Shown here: positions 17,495-26,989 of the stretch, one piece after another
Layout: every line of letters begins with the position of its first letter
How positions within the stretch are numbered: position 1 is the stretch's first letter
NCBI GenBank assembly: GCA_041492755.1
Contig: JBGPXN010000038.1
Location: forward strand, 1 to 32,628
Source of the DNA: Candidatus Methylomirabilia bacterium
GTDB taxonomy: Bacteria > Methylomirabilota > Methylomirabilia > Rokubacteriales > CSP1-6
Length of the DNA stretch: 32,628 bases
Direction: 5' to 3'
Notes under the pieces: model-generated
Databases searched by the model: none
What the model was told of the DNA's origin: nothing
What the model saw: only the letters and a program-made list of their open reading frames with translations
Made by a program: the position numbers and the translations under genes

Positions 17495-18250
17495 TCAAAC
17501 GCTCGAGTAGCCGCCGCTGATGCTGATCGTCTGGCCCGTGACCCAGCTTGCGTGCTCGGAGGCGAGGAAGGCGACGAACGGCGCCACGTCGGCGGGCCGA
17601 CCGAGCCGCCGGATGGCATAGAAGCCGAGGATCTTGTCGCGGTTGGCCGCGAGCCACGCCTGATCGGAGTGCGCGGTCTCGACATACCCGAGCGCGACCG
17701 TGTTCACGGTGACGTTGCCGCGCCCGAGCTCGCGGGCCAGCGTCTTGGCGAGCGAGATTACGCCGCTGTGCGCGGACGCGCTGATGCCCAGGCGCGGCTG
17801 GCCCACGCGTGCGGAGTCGCCGACGACGTTGATGATCCGTCCGCCGCCGTGCGCGGCCATCTTCGGCGCGGCCGCGTGGCAGCAGTTGAGCACGCCGTAG
17901 TAGCAGACGTCCACCTGCCGCTGCCACTCCGCCGGGCGTGAGTCCAGGAAGAGCTTCGACTCGAGGTACCCCGCGTTGTTCACGAGGATGTCCAGTCGAC
18001 CGAAATCCCGGATCACGCCGGCGACCATCCCCGTGACCGCGCCGTACTCGGCCACGTCGGCCTCGTAGGCGGCCGCCCGCCCGCCCGGCCGCACGATCTC
18101 GGCCACGGTGGCCTCGGCGTCCGCTTTGGAGTGCAGATAGTTGACGGCGACGGTGGCGCCCTCGCGCGCGAGCGCCAGCGAGATCTCCCGTCCGATGTCA
18201 CGCGCGCCGCCGGTCACGAGCGCGACCTTGTCCCTCAGGCCGAGATCCAT
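17495..18250 (-). CDS. SDR family oxidoreductase (atypical active site)
   Basis: TGGARDIG, NNAG, LARELG, VTGQTISISGG; YxxxK replaced by SASAH. Confidence 0.88.
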   Translation of the reverse strand: MDLGLRDKVALVTGGARDIGREISLALAREGATVAVNYLHSKADAEATVAEIVRPGGRAAAYEADVAEYGAVTGMVAGVIRDFGRLDILVNNAGYLESKLFLDSRPAEWQRQVDVCYYGVLNCCHAAAPKMAAHGGGRIINVVGDSARVGQPRLGISASAHSGVISLAKTLARELGRGNVTVNTVALGYVETAHSDQAWLAANRDKILGFYAIRRLGRPADVAPFVAFLASEHASWVTGQTISISGGYSSV

Positions 18251-18268
18251 CGGACCCGTCCTGGCGGA

Positions 18269-18787
18269 CTACTGCGCGAGGGCGGCGACCGTGTCGCGCA
18301 TGACGCGCGTCGCCCGAGGATCGAAGGTGCAGAGGGTGACCTCGCGCGGGAGCTGATTGCCCTTCAGGAAGTCCGAGACGGCGCGGACCGCGACCTCGGC
18401 CGCCTGCTCCAGCGGGTAGCCGTAGATGCCGGTGGAGATCGCGGGGAACGCGATCGTCTGACACTTGTGCTCCACCGCGAGCTCCAGGCTGCGCTGATAG
18501 CAGCTCGCGAGCAATTCAGGCTCGCCCGCGTGGCCACCGCGCCAGCGCGGACCCACGGCGTGAATCACGTAACGCGCGGGGAGCCGGAAGCCGGGCGTGA
18601 GCTTCGCGTCACCGGTGGGGCAGCCGCCGAGCTTGCGGCAGGCGGCGAGGAGCTCGGGGCCGGCCGCGCGGTGGACGGCGCCGTCGACGCCGCCGCCGCC
18701 GAGCAGTCCCGAATTCGCCGCGTTCACGATGGCGTCCACGGTGAGGGTGGTGATGTCGCCTTGCCAGATCCGGATGCGGTCGGTCAT
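18269..18787 (-). CDS. ymdB: O-acetyl-ADP-ribose deacetylase (macrodomain)
   Basis: [41 protein letters not shown]. Confidence 0.93.
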   Translation of the reverse strand: MTDRIRIWQGDITTLTVDAIVNAANSGLLGGGGVDGAVHRAAGPELLAACRKLGGCPTGDAKLTPGFRLPARYVIHAVGPRWRGGHAGEPELLASCYQRSLELAVEHKCQTIAFPAISTGIYGYPLEQAAEVAVRAVSDFLKGNQLPREVTLCTFDPRATRVMRDTVAALAQ

Positions 18788-19068
18788 TGAGCCCCGATCA
18801 TACAGAAGGCGCACAGTCCCGCGGCGAAATTCTCCGGCCGGAATCTCGTGCCGCGGCGCGCTCGGCCGATCGATCAAGACGCGCTCGGCGAGCGTGGGGC
18901 CGGTGTCGCCGGGCATGCAACGGTTGAATGGGCGGTTGGCGACGGCGCGCGCCACGAGGGCGAGCGACGCCCTCGACACCGCCAAGCAGGTTGTGCTGCG
19001 GTCGGCTCGGGCGAGTTGAATGCGCCGGGGTGAGCGGCAAAGCGCTCCCTCCGACGTGAACGATCGGC

Positions 19069-20040
19069 TTAACGCAGCTCGGGGATCACCCACAGCGGCG
19101 TCTGGCCGGAGGCCACGCGCTGGACGTTGTCGAAGGCGTTGCGGAAGGCCTTCGTCCAGTTCTCCCAGGTCGGGCCCGCCATGTGCGGCGTGAGGATGAC
19201 GTTCTCCAGCGCGAAGAGCGGATGGCCGGTCTTCGGGGGCTCTTCCGTCATGACGTCGAGGCCGGCCGCCGCGATCTGACCGCCGGTCAGCGCGCGGTGC
19301 AGCGCGTCCTCGTCCACCACCGGGCCGCGGCAGGTGTTGATCAGGATCGCGTCCTTCTTCATCAACCCGAACTGACGCGCGGACATGAGATTGCGGGTGC
19401 GCGCGCTCAGCGGGACGTGCAGCGTCACGACGTCGGCGGTGCGGAGCAGCTCCTCGAACAGCACGAAGCGCACCCCGAGCGCGTCTTCCTGGTCTTCGGT
19501 CAGGCGGACGACGTCGTAGTAGATGGTCTGGACGTCCCAGCCCTTCAGCCGGCGCGCGACCTTCTTGCCGATGGTGCCGAGGCCGACGATACCGACGGTC
19601 TTGCCGGCCAGCTCGTAGAGGCGGTTGTCGCCGAACGTGCCGAGCCGCCACTTGCCCGCGCTGACGTTGGCGTGGTGCCAGGCGAGCTTCTTGAGGACGG
19701 CGAGCATGAGCATGATGGCGTGCTCGGAGACGGCCACCGAGTTGGAGCCACCGTTGTTGGCGATCGGCACGCCGGCCCGCCGCGCCGCCTCGATATCGAG
19801 ACGGTCGTAGCCGGCACTGAGGAGCTGGACCAGCTTGAGCTTGGTCGCGCCGGCGTAGAACTCCGGCCCCATGTTGCTGTTGCCGAAGCCCACGAAATAG
19901 TCCGCGTCCTTCATGAGCGCGGGGAGCTCGGGCGCCTTGGCGTCCACGATCTCGAGCTCGTAGCCGTCCGGCACCATGGCGCGGGCAAGATCCGTGATGA
20001 CCTTCGGGAGGGGGGTACACACGACGATTTTGCTGGCCAC
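19069..20040 (-). CDS. D-isomer-specific 2-hydroxyacid dehydrogenase
   Basis: GTG start after AAGGAG; GLGTIG, LHVPL, INTCRG, GLDV..EP, TPHMAG. Confidence 0.92.
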   Translation of the reverse strand: MASKIVVCTPLPKVITDLARAMVPDGYELEIVDAKAPELPALMKDADYFVGFGNSNMGPEFYAGATKLKLVQLLSAGYDRLDIEAARRAGVPIANNGGSNSVAVSEHAIMLMLAVLKKLAWHHANVSAGKWRLGTFGDNRLYELAGKTVGIVGLGTIGKKVARRLKGWDVQTIYYDVVRLTEDQEDALGVRFVLFEELLRTADVVTLHVPLSARTRNLMSARQFGLMKKDAILINTCRGPVVDEDALHRALTGGQIAAAGLDVMTEEPPKTGHPLFALENVILTPHMAGPTWENWTKAFRNAFDNVQRVASGQTPLWVIPELR

Positions 20041-20108
20041 GGCTGTCTCCTTCGGGCGCGAGCCCATCGATGATTCGCCCGGGCCGAAGCCCGAGAGTGA
20101 TGCGCCGC

Positions 20109-20537
20109 TCACGAGCGCGGCGCGATGATCATATACGTCGCCCGGCCGACCGCAACCACCTTCCCCTCGCCGTCGGTGACGGTGGTTTCGCCGAACACGA
20201 TCGACCGCCCGCGTTTCAGGATACGTCCCTCGGCGAACAGCTCGGGGCCGCGGGCGGCGGCAAGGAAGCTCACGTTGAGATCGAGCGTGGTCTGGCCCAC
20301 GCCACCGGCCGATTCCTCGTGCAGGGTGGCGAGCGCGCCGCCGACGGCCATGTCGACGAGCGCGCTCAGGACCCCGCCGTGCACGGGGGCATTCACCGCG
20401 TTGCGCAGCTCGTCCCGGATGGCCACGCGCAGGCGCACCCGGCCTTCATCGGCTTCCACCACCTTCACGCCGAGATGGCGCCAGAAGAGGTTGCTCTCCG
20501 TGCGGGCACGGATCGCGTCGAGGGCGTCGGTCGCCAT
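20109..20537 (-). CDS. PaaI family thioesterase (hotdog fold)
   Basis: N...[28 protein letters not shown]. Confidence 0.9.
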   Translation of the reverse strand: MATDALDAIRARTESNLFWRHLGVKVVEADEGRVRLRVAIRDELRNAVNAPVHGGVLSALVDMAVGGALATLHEESAGGVGQTTLDLNVSFLAAARGPELFAEGRILKRGRSIVFGETTVTDGEGKVVAVGRATYMIIAPRS

Positions 20538-20540
20538 GCC

Positions 20541-21314
20541 CTAGCGTCCCGTGAAACGCGGGCGGCGCTTCTCGAGCATGGCGCGCACGCCCTCGCGCGC
20601 GTCGTCGCTCTTGCGGGCGCGCTTGGCCAGATCGTCGAGGTCGGCGTGCGGGATGCTCTCGCGCGTCGAGATCGCGCGCAGGATCGTTTGCTTCATGCCG
20701 GCCAGCGACAGCGGCGCGAGATCGGCCATGCTCGCCGTCAGCTCGGACACGGTCGTGTCCAGCGCGTCGAGCGGGACCACCTGGTGCACCAGACCCATCT
20801 CGCGCGCGCGGGTGGCGTCCACCGGCCGGCCGGTCAGGAGGATCTCGCGCGTGTAGGCGGGGCCGATCACTTCCAGCAGCTTCTGGCCGAGGGTGAACGG
20901 CACGATGAGGCCGATGCGGGCCAGCGGCATGGCGAAGCGGGCGACGTCGGCGGCGATGCGCAGGTCGCAGTGCAGGGCCAGCTCGCAGCCGCCGGCAAAC
21001 GCATCACCGTTGATCATGGCGATGGTGGGATGGCGGCACTGCTCGATCTGGTGCAAGACATCCACGACGATGCTTTCGGGATCGGCTTCTTCCGCCTGTC
21101 GTCGCCTCAGCTCGTCGAGATCCATGCCCGAGCAGAACGCCTTGCCGGCGCCGCGCACGACGACCGCGCGAACGTCGTCGTTCTTGTCCAGATCGGCGAA
21201 GGTGGCCGTCAGCCCGTCGATCACGGCGCGGTTGAGCGCGTTGCGCTTCTCGGGCCGGTTCAGGGTCACGGTGGCGATGCGGTTGTCGATGGTGCAGCGA
21301 AGTTCGTCGGCCAT
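20541..21314 (-). CDS. Enoyl-CoA hydratase/isomerase family protein
   Basis: LNRPEKRNAL, FCSGMDL, AGGCELALHCDLR, EKRRPRF. Confidence 0.92.
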   Translation of the reverse strand: MADELRCTIDNRIATVTLNRPEKRNALNRAVIDGLTATFADLDKNDDVRAVVVRGAGKAFCSGMDLDELRRRQAEEADPESIVVDVLHQIEQCRHPTIAMINGDAFAGGCELALHCDLRIAADVARFAMPLARIGLIVPFTLGQKLLEVIGPAYTREILLTGRPVDATRAREMGLVHQVVPLDALDTTVSELTASMADLAPLSLAGMKQTILRAISTRESIPHADLDDLAKRARKSDDAREGVRAMLEKRRPRFTGR

Positions 21315-21400
21315 CCGGGCGAGCCCTCCGGGGATTTTGCGGTACCCTAGCCCGGCCATCATACGCCGCCGCCCCCAAGACGGCCGCGGAAAGGACCGGA

Positions 21401-21820
21401 ATGGAACTCGATCGCCCGCTACCTTCACCGATCACGCCCGAGGCGCGTCCCTTCTGGGACGGCTGCCGCGAGGGCAAGCTCATGCTCCCCAAGTGCGGGG
21501 CGTGTGGCCACGTCTTCTTCTATCCGCGCATCCTCTGCCCATCCTGCCATTCGCGGAACGTCACCTGGATGCAGGCGAGCGGACGAGGGCGCCTGCACGC
21601 CTTCGAGATCGCCCACCAGGCGTTCCAGAAGGCGTGGAAGATCAAGCCCCCCTACGTGCTCGCGATGATCGAGCTGGAGGAAGGACCCCGCATGATGTCG
21701 AACCTGATCAACATCGCGCCCGATCCGCGGGTGGTGAAGTGCGACATGCCGGTGGAGGTGGTCTTCACCAAGATCACCGACGACGTCACCCTGCCGCTGT
21801 TCCAGCCGGTGAAGTCATGA
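21401..21820 (+). CDS. Zn-ribbon + OB-fold protein (DUF35/ChsH2-like)
   Basis: PFWDG, CGACG, CPSC, IELEEGPRMMSN; ATGA overlap with thiolase. Confidence 0.9.
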   Translation: MELDRPLPSPITPEARPFWDGCREGKLMLPKCGACGHVFFYPRILCPSCHSRNVTWMQASGRGRLHAFEIAHQAFQKAWKIKPPYVLAMIELEEGPRMMSNLINIAPDPRVVKCDMPVEVVFTKITDDVTLPLFQPVKS

Positions 21821-22977
21821 CGGCCGACGCCCTCCGCGCGCTGTCCAACGCCGCCTGCATCGTCGGCGTGGACGAGAGTGACGAGATCGGCAGCCTGCCC
21901 GGCAAGAGCCAGCTCACCCTGCATCTGGAAGCGATCACCAACGCCGTTCGAGACGCCGGGCTGCGCGTGAAGGACGTCGACGGCATCTTTACGGCCGGGC
22001 AACATTCGCCGGCGACGCTCAGCGAGGCGCTGGGCCTCACGGCCCGCTACGTGGACGGCACCACCGTGGGCGGCTGCTCGTTCATCATCATGGTCGGTCA
22101 TGCGCTGGCCGCGCTGCACCACGGACTGTGTGACGTCGCCGTGGTGTCCCACGGGGAAAGCGGCCGCTCCGGCGTCGGCGTCAGCCCACGACGCGACACC
22201 GCGCTGGCCGGCCAGTTCGAATACCCGTTCGGCTTCGGCGGCGCCACCACCTACTTCGGCATGATCACGACCAGGCACATGCACGAGTACGGCACCACGC
22301 TGGAGCAGTGGGCGCAGGTGGCGGTGTCGACGCGCGCGTGGGCGTGTCTCAATCCGAAGGCGCGCTTCAAGGAGCCGCTCACCATCGCCGACGTCTTGAA
22401 TTCACGCCCGGTCTCGTATCCGTTCAACCTGCTCAACATCTGCCTGGTCACCGACGCCGGCGGCGCGGTGGTGCTCACGCGGCCCGACCGCGCGCGCGAT
22501 TGCGCGAAGAAGCCGGTGTGGGTGCGCGGCGCCGGCGAAGCCACCGAGCACGTGATGGTGACGCAGATGCGGAAGCTGACCTCCAGCGAAGCGACGCGGC
22601 TGTCGGGCGAGAAGGCGTTTCGCATGGCCGGGGTGGGGCCGCGCGACTTCGATCACATCATGCTCTACGACGCGTTCACGTCGGGGCCGCCGATCATGCT
22701 GGAGTCACTCGGCCTGGCCAAGCCCGGGGAGGGCGTGCAGTTCTTCCAGGACGGCCGCTCGACGCCGGGCGGCAGCTTGCCGATCAACACCAACGGCGGC
22801 GGGCTGTCCTACACGCATTCCGGAATGTACGGGATCTTCCCGATCATCGAAGCCACCCGCCAGCTTCGCGGGGAGTGCGGCGCCCGTCAGGTCCCGGGCC
22901 CGCGGCTGTCGCTCGTGAACGGCATGGGCGGCATGCTGTCCGCGGCCGGCACCCTGGTGCTCGCCAGCGAGAAGTAG
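21817..22977 (+). CDS. Thiolase-like protein (SCP-x/Ltp2-type)
   Basis: GGCS, NPKA, CLVTDAGGAVV, LYDAF, NTNGGGLS. Confidence 0.9.
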   Translation: MTADALRALSNAACIVGVDESDEIGSLPGKSQLTLHLEAITNAVRDAGLRVKDVDGIFTAGQHSPATLSEALGLTARYVDGTTVGGCSFIIMVGHALAALHHGLCDVAVVSHGESGRSGVGVSPRRDTALAGQFEYPFGFGGATTYFGMITTRHMHEYGTTLEQWAQVAVSTRAWACLNPKARFKEPLTIADVLNSRPVSYPFNLLNICLVTDAGGAVVLTRPDRARDCAKKPVWVRGAGEATEHVMVTQMRKLTSSEATRLSGEKAFRMAGVGPRDFDHIMLYDAFTSGPPIMLESLGLAKPGEGVQFFQDGRSTPGGSLPINTNGGGLSYTHSGMYGIFPIIEATRQLRGECGARQVPGPRLSLVNGMGGMLSAAGTLVLASEK

Positions 22978-23019
22978 ACGCGAGAGGCCGCCGCCCTCGC
23001 CATTGGCCAGGCGCTGACC

Positions 23020-24525
23020 ATCGCGAACGCGAAGTATCCGTCGCTGTACCAGGTCAACACGCGGGTGGCCCTCCACGAGCGCGGCCGGGCGCTCGGCCGC
23101 CCGGCGACGTTCGACGACGTCACCGACGCGTCGCTCGACCAGCTCGCCACCGATGGCTTCGACTGGGTGTGGGCCCTCGGCGTGTGGCAGACGGGCCCGG
23201 CGGGGCGACAGGTCTCGCTGACCCAGCCGGAGTGGCAGCACGAGTACCGGGAGCTCCTGCCCGACTTCACCGCGGACGACGTATGCGGCTCGCCATTCGC
23301 GGTCCGCGAATACGTGGTGAACCGCGAGTTCGGCGGGCCCGAGTCGCTCGCGCGCCTGCGCGACCGGCTCGCTCGACGCGGCATCGAGCTGATGCTCGAC
23401 TTCGTCGCCAATCACACCGCCCTCGACCACGCCTGGGTGCGCGAGCATCCCGAGTTCTACGTGCAGGGCAGCGAGGCGGACCTCGCGCGTGAACCGGGCA
23501 ACTATGGTCGGGTCGAGACGGGGCAGGGGCCGCGGATCCTCGCCCACGGCCGGGATCCCCACTTCCCCGGCTGGCCCGACACGCTGCAGCTCGACCATCG
23601 CCACCCGGGCCTGCGCGAGGCGATGCTCCACGAGCTCGGGGTCATCGCCCGGCAGTGCGATGGCGTACGTTGCGACATGGCGATGCTGCTCCACCCCGAG
23701 GTGATCGCGCGCACCTGGGGCGAGCGCACGCGCCCCTCCGACGGCAGCGCGGCTCTCGACGACTCCTTCTGGAGGTACGCCATTCCGCGCGTACGCGAGC
23801 GCCGGCCCGGGTTCGTGTTCATGGCCGAGGCGTACTGGGACTTCGAGTGGACCCTGCAGCAAGAGGGCTTCGACTACACGTACGACAAGCGCCTCTACGA
23901 TCGGCTGCGGGCGCAGGATGCCGGCGCCGTGCGCGACCATCTCGGGGCCGATGCGGAGTTCCAGGGCCGGGCCGTGCGCTTTCTCGAGAACCACGACGAG
24001 CCGCGCGCCGCCGCCGTCTTTCCGCCGCCCGTCCATCGCGCGGCGGCCGTCGTCACGTTCCTCGCGCCCGGGCTGCGCTTCATTCACGCGGGACAGCGCG
24101 CCGGCCGGCGCGTCCGCACGTCGAATCATCTTTGCCGCCGCGCGTCCGAGCCGGTCGACGGAGATCTCCGCGCGTTTTACACGCGACTCCTCGCGTGCGC
24201 GCGCCGGCCGGAAGTGCGCGGCGGAGCCTGGCGCCTCGTCGACCGATCGCCGGCGTGGGACGGCAACGCGACGTGGGAGCGCTTCGTCACGTTCGCGTGG
24301 GAAGGCGCGGGACGGCGGCTGCTCGCGGCCGTGAACTACGGCCCCACCCCGGGCCAGTGTTACGTGCGGCTTCCGTATCCCGATCTCGCCGGCGCGACCT
24401 GGGTGTTTCGGGACCTCGTGGACCCGACGGTCACCTACGAGCGCCAGGGTGACGACCTCGCCCGGCGCGGCCTGTACCTCGACGTGCCGGCCTGGGGCCA
24501 CCACGTGTTCGCGCTGAGCTCTTGA
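23020..24525 (+). CDS. Alpha-amylase family glycosyl hydrolase (GH13); start uncertain
   Basis: YPSLYQVNTR, LDFVANH, GVRCDMA, MAEAY, FLENHDE; first canonical start GTG 23065 lies downstream of the conserved N-terminal motif. Confidence 0.88.
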   Translation: MANAKYPSLYQVNTRVALHERGRALGRPATFDDVTDASLDQLATDGFDWVWALGVWQTGPAGRQVSLTQPEWQHEYRELLPDFTADDVCGSPFAVREYVVNREFGGPESLARLRDRLARRGIELMLDFVANHTALDHAWVREHPEFYVQGSEADLAREPGNYGRVETGQGPRILAHGRDPHFPGWPDTLQLDHRHPGLREAMLHELGVIARQCDGVRCDMAMLLHPEVIARTWGERTRPSDGSAALDDSFWRYAIPRVRERRPGFVFMAEAYWDFEWTLQQEGFDYTYDKRLYDRLRAQDAGAVRDHLGADAEFQGRAVRFLENHDEPRAAAVFPPPVHRAAAVVTFLAPGLRFIHAGQRAGRRVRTSNHLCRRASEPVDGDLRAFYTRLLACARRPEVRGGAWRLVDRSPAWDGNATWERFVTFAWEGAGRRLLAAVNYGPTPGQCYVRLPYPDLAGATWVFRDLVDPTVTYERQGDDLARRGLYLDVPAWGHHVFALSS

Positions 24526-24710
24526 CGTAGCCCGCCCCGGGTTTCGTCATCCCGTCTTGCTGTCCGGACGGCGGAGGACCCGCTGGAGCCGCGGCCCGGG
24601 TTGGGAGGTGGAAAATTTCTGGCCGGCGCCCCGACGAAGGGGTGGCCAACCTTTGTCCAGTGCCTCACTCATCTCGCCATGGACCCCAAATATTCCATTA
24701 GCTTATGGGC

Positions 24711-24737
24711 TATCAAGGGCTTGGTATCGGGGCTGCA
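24711..24737 (+). promoter_or_regulatory. Putative IHF site plus sigma54 promoter
   Basis: TATCAAGGGCTTG (24711-24723) fits WATCAANNNNTTR; TGGTATCGGGGCTGCA (24722-24737) is GG-N10-GC. Confidence 0.5.
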
Positions 24738-24765
24738 TGGGGAAGGGAGGAGGAGGGGCCGAGCG

Positions 24766-24972
24766 ATGATGACGAGCACTTCGATGATCAGCGGTTTAAT
24801 CAAGACGCTCTCGCGGGTTCCGCTCCGCCTTCGGAACCTGGCCGTGTGCGTCGCCTGCGAGGAGTGCTTCGAGCTCGGCGAGCCACAGTGCCCGGCCTGC
24901 GGCAGCGAAGAGTACACGGCGCTCCCAGACCTGGTCGAGAGGCGCGTGCTCAACTTGACCGGCCTCAACTAG
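24766..24972 (+). CDS. Small Zn-ribbon protein (68 aa)
   Basis: RBS GGAGGAGG; CVACEEC...CPACGS. Confidence 0.7.
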   Translation: MMTSTSMISGLIKTLSRVPLRLRNLAVCVACEECFELGEPQCPACGSEEYTALPDLVERRVLNLTGLN

Positions 24973-24976
24973 TGAC

Positions 24977-25050
24977 ATGGGGGGCCCCGATATGGCCCCC
25001 CATACCCCCCAGCGCTCGGAAGCGCCCCGGGGCACCCGGGGCGCTCCTCG
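24977..25050 (+). repeat. Palindromic REP/MITE-like element, copy 2
   Basis: Near-identical to the reverse complement of 17425-17494; internal hairpins ATGGGGGGCC/GGCCCCCCAT and GCGCCCCGGG/CCCGGGGCGC. Confidence 0.85.
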
Positions 25051-25153
25051 TTCTCGGCTACTCCGACAGGCTCCTAGCCTAGCCAGCCGGCTCTTTCGCC
25101 CTCGCGCCTCCGCCGACATTCACGTCACGCCGTGGGCGGATCCTCCGGCCACT

Positions 25154-25321
25154 TTGACCTCGCGCCGCCATCCGCCGAAGACCGTTCCCTTTGGTCCCGA
25201 CTCCTTCTACCAGCTCCTCGTGGGCGACGAGGCCGGCAGCACGCCGGTGCGCGTCGGCATCCAGACGGCCGAGCCCGGGTACGCCGCCACCGCCCAGGGC
25301 TACCCGCCGGCCGAGCGCTGA
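25154..25321 (+). pseudogene. Possible remnant of a cupin-like gene
   Basis: KTVPFGPDSFYQLLVGDEAGSTPVRVGIQTAEPGY resembles the lead-in to a cupin motif 1 but ends before HxH. Confidence 0.35.
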
Positions 25322-25347
25322 CCGTTCGCCGTCGATCTTCCGCATGG

Positions 25348-25740
25348 TCACCCCCGCAGGCCCAACAGCGCCCGGCCGGTTACGATGCCGAGGAAGCACA
25401 GCACGAGACACGCGGCCGTGGTGACGAGCACGTTCAGTCCGGCCTCGGGCCACGCCTGCGCCTCCAGGAGCCGGACGGTCTCATAGCTGAACGTCGAATA
25501 CGTCGTGAGGCCGCCCATGATCCCGGTCGTGATGAAGAGCCTCATCCGATCCGGCACGACCAGCGCCTCCGTAGCGAGCTCCTGGACGAGCCCGATCATG
25601 AACGCGCCGACGAGGTTGACGAAGAGCGTGCCGTAGGGGAACTCGACGCCGAGCCACCGGGCGGCGGCCAGCGACGTGAGGAATCGCAGCACGCTCCCGA
25701 TGGCGCCGCCCGCGGCGACGAGAAGCACATGTTCGATCAT
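25348..25740 (-). CDS. crcB: Fluoride efflux channel CrcB/Fluc
   Basis: GGAIGSVLRF, FPYGTLFVNLVG, GIMGGLTTYSTFSYE. Confidence 0.95.
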   Translation of the reverse strand: MIEHVLLVAAGGAIGSVLRFLTSLAAARWLGVEFPYGTLFVNLVGAFMIGLVQELATEALVVPDRMRLFITTGIMGGLTTYSTFSYETVRLLEAQAWPEAGLNVLVTTAACLVLCFLGIVTGRALLGLRG

Positions 25741-25752
25741 GGTTCGAGCTCA

Positions 25753-25768
25753 GGCGAACCCCATCGCC
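25753..25768 (-). promoter_or_regulatory. 5' half of a fluoride riboswitch aptamer (apparently truncated)
   Basis: GGCGATGGGGTTCGCC immediately upstream of crcB, preceded by -10-like GATAAT; 3' conserved segment not found. Confidence 0.55.
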
Positions 25769-25938
25769 TTGAATTATCCCGTTCAGTATGCGGGCGGCTG
25801 CCGCCAACCTCAAGGTTGTCGCACGACGGCGAAGCCCCCTCGTGATCGCATGATGACGTGCCTCCTATCGCCGTCGCCTCCCGCGTTGACGCGTCGCGGG
25901 GGGCCGTCTATCCTCCGGCTGCAGATGCGGCTCCGATC

Positions 25939-26925
25939 ATGATTCCCACCATCGATCTCGCGGCGGCGCGCCACGGCGGCCGGGCCGAACGCCGGCGCGT
26001 GGCGGACGCCATCGACGTGGCCTGTCGCGAGATCGGCTTCTTCGCGATCAGCGGTCATGGTGTGCCCGACACGCTCGTCGATGACGTGCGTCGGGTGGCG
26101 CACGAGTTCTTCGGCTTGCCGGCCACCGCGAAGCGAGCCGCCCGGCACCCCACGGGCATGAACCGCGGCTACCATCCGGCGGGCGGTGAGGCCCTGTCGA
26201 GGGCAAACGACGCGGCGGCGCCACCCGACCTGAAAGAGTTCTTCCACGTGGGCCCGGTCGACGCCACCAGCGAGCCGTATTACACCAGTCCACTCGGGCG
26301 CCGGCACTTCGAGCCGAACGTCTGGCCGGCCGCCCCGGCCGGCTTCGAGCAGGCCGTCACCGTGTATTACCGGGCCATGAGCGAGCTCGTCGTGTTCTTG
26401 ATGCGGCTGGCCGCGCTCGCCCTGGAGGTGAACGAGACGTTCTTCGACGACAAGGTCGACCGGTCGATCGGGACGATGCGGCTGAACTACTATCCGGCAC
26501 AGGCGGCCCCGCCCAGCCCAGGCCAGCTCCGGTCCAGCCCGCACACGGACTATGGCGGCTTCACCATTCTGAGTGGCGAGGACGTGCCCGGTGGGCTTCA
26601 AGTCAGGACGCGGAGCGATCGGTGGATCGACGTGCCGACCGCGCCGCCGACGTTCGTGGTGAACATCGGCGACCTCCTCATGCGCTGGACGAACGACCGC
26701 TGGCGGTCGAACATGCACCGGGTGGTGAACCCGCCACTCGGCTCCGCTCCGAGCCGCCCGCGGCTGTCGATTGCGTTCTTCAACCACCCGAACTACGACG
26801 TGTTGATCGAGTGTCTTGCCTCGCCGGGAGCGGCAAAGCATCCACCGGTGCTCTCCGGCGAGTACCGCGATCTCAAGTACGCCAAGACGGGATTGACGGG
26901 CGCAGTCGCCCCATCGACGGCCTGA
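25939..26925 (+). CDS. Isopenicillin N synthase family 2OG-Fe(II) oxygenase
   Basis: IPTIDL, ACREIGFF, HTD...H (NMHRV), RLS 2OG-binding motif. Confidence 0.92.
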   Translation: MIPTIDLAAARHGGRAERRRVADAIDVACREIGFFAISGHGVPDTLVDDVRRVAHEFFGLPATAKRAARHPTGMNRGYHPAGGEALSRANDAAAPPDLKEFFHVGPVDATSEPYYTSPLGRRHFEPNVWPAAPAGFEQAVTVYYRAMSELVVFLMRLAALALEVNETFFDDKVDRSIGTMRLNYYPAQAAPPSPGQLRSSPHTDYGGFTILSGEDVPGGLQVRTRSDRWIDVPTAPPTFVVNIGDLLMRWTNDRWRSNMHRVVNPPLGSAPSRPRLSIAFFNHPNYDVLIECLASPGAAKHPPVLSGEYRDLKYAKTGLTGAVAPSTA

Positions 26926-26989
26926 GGGGAACCGATGCTCTACCGAGGCTTGATCCACGCGCGGCGGCCTGACGAGAAAGGATAGACAC

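Noticed and set aside
20893..21816. Apparent 694-aa N-terminally extended thiolase
   Set aside because: The extension overlaps the ECH and DUF35 genes; the real start is ATG 21817 (ATGA coupling)
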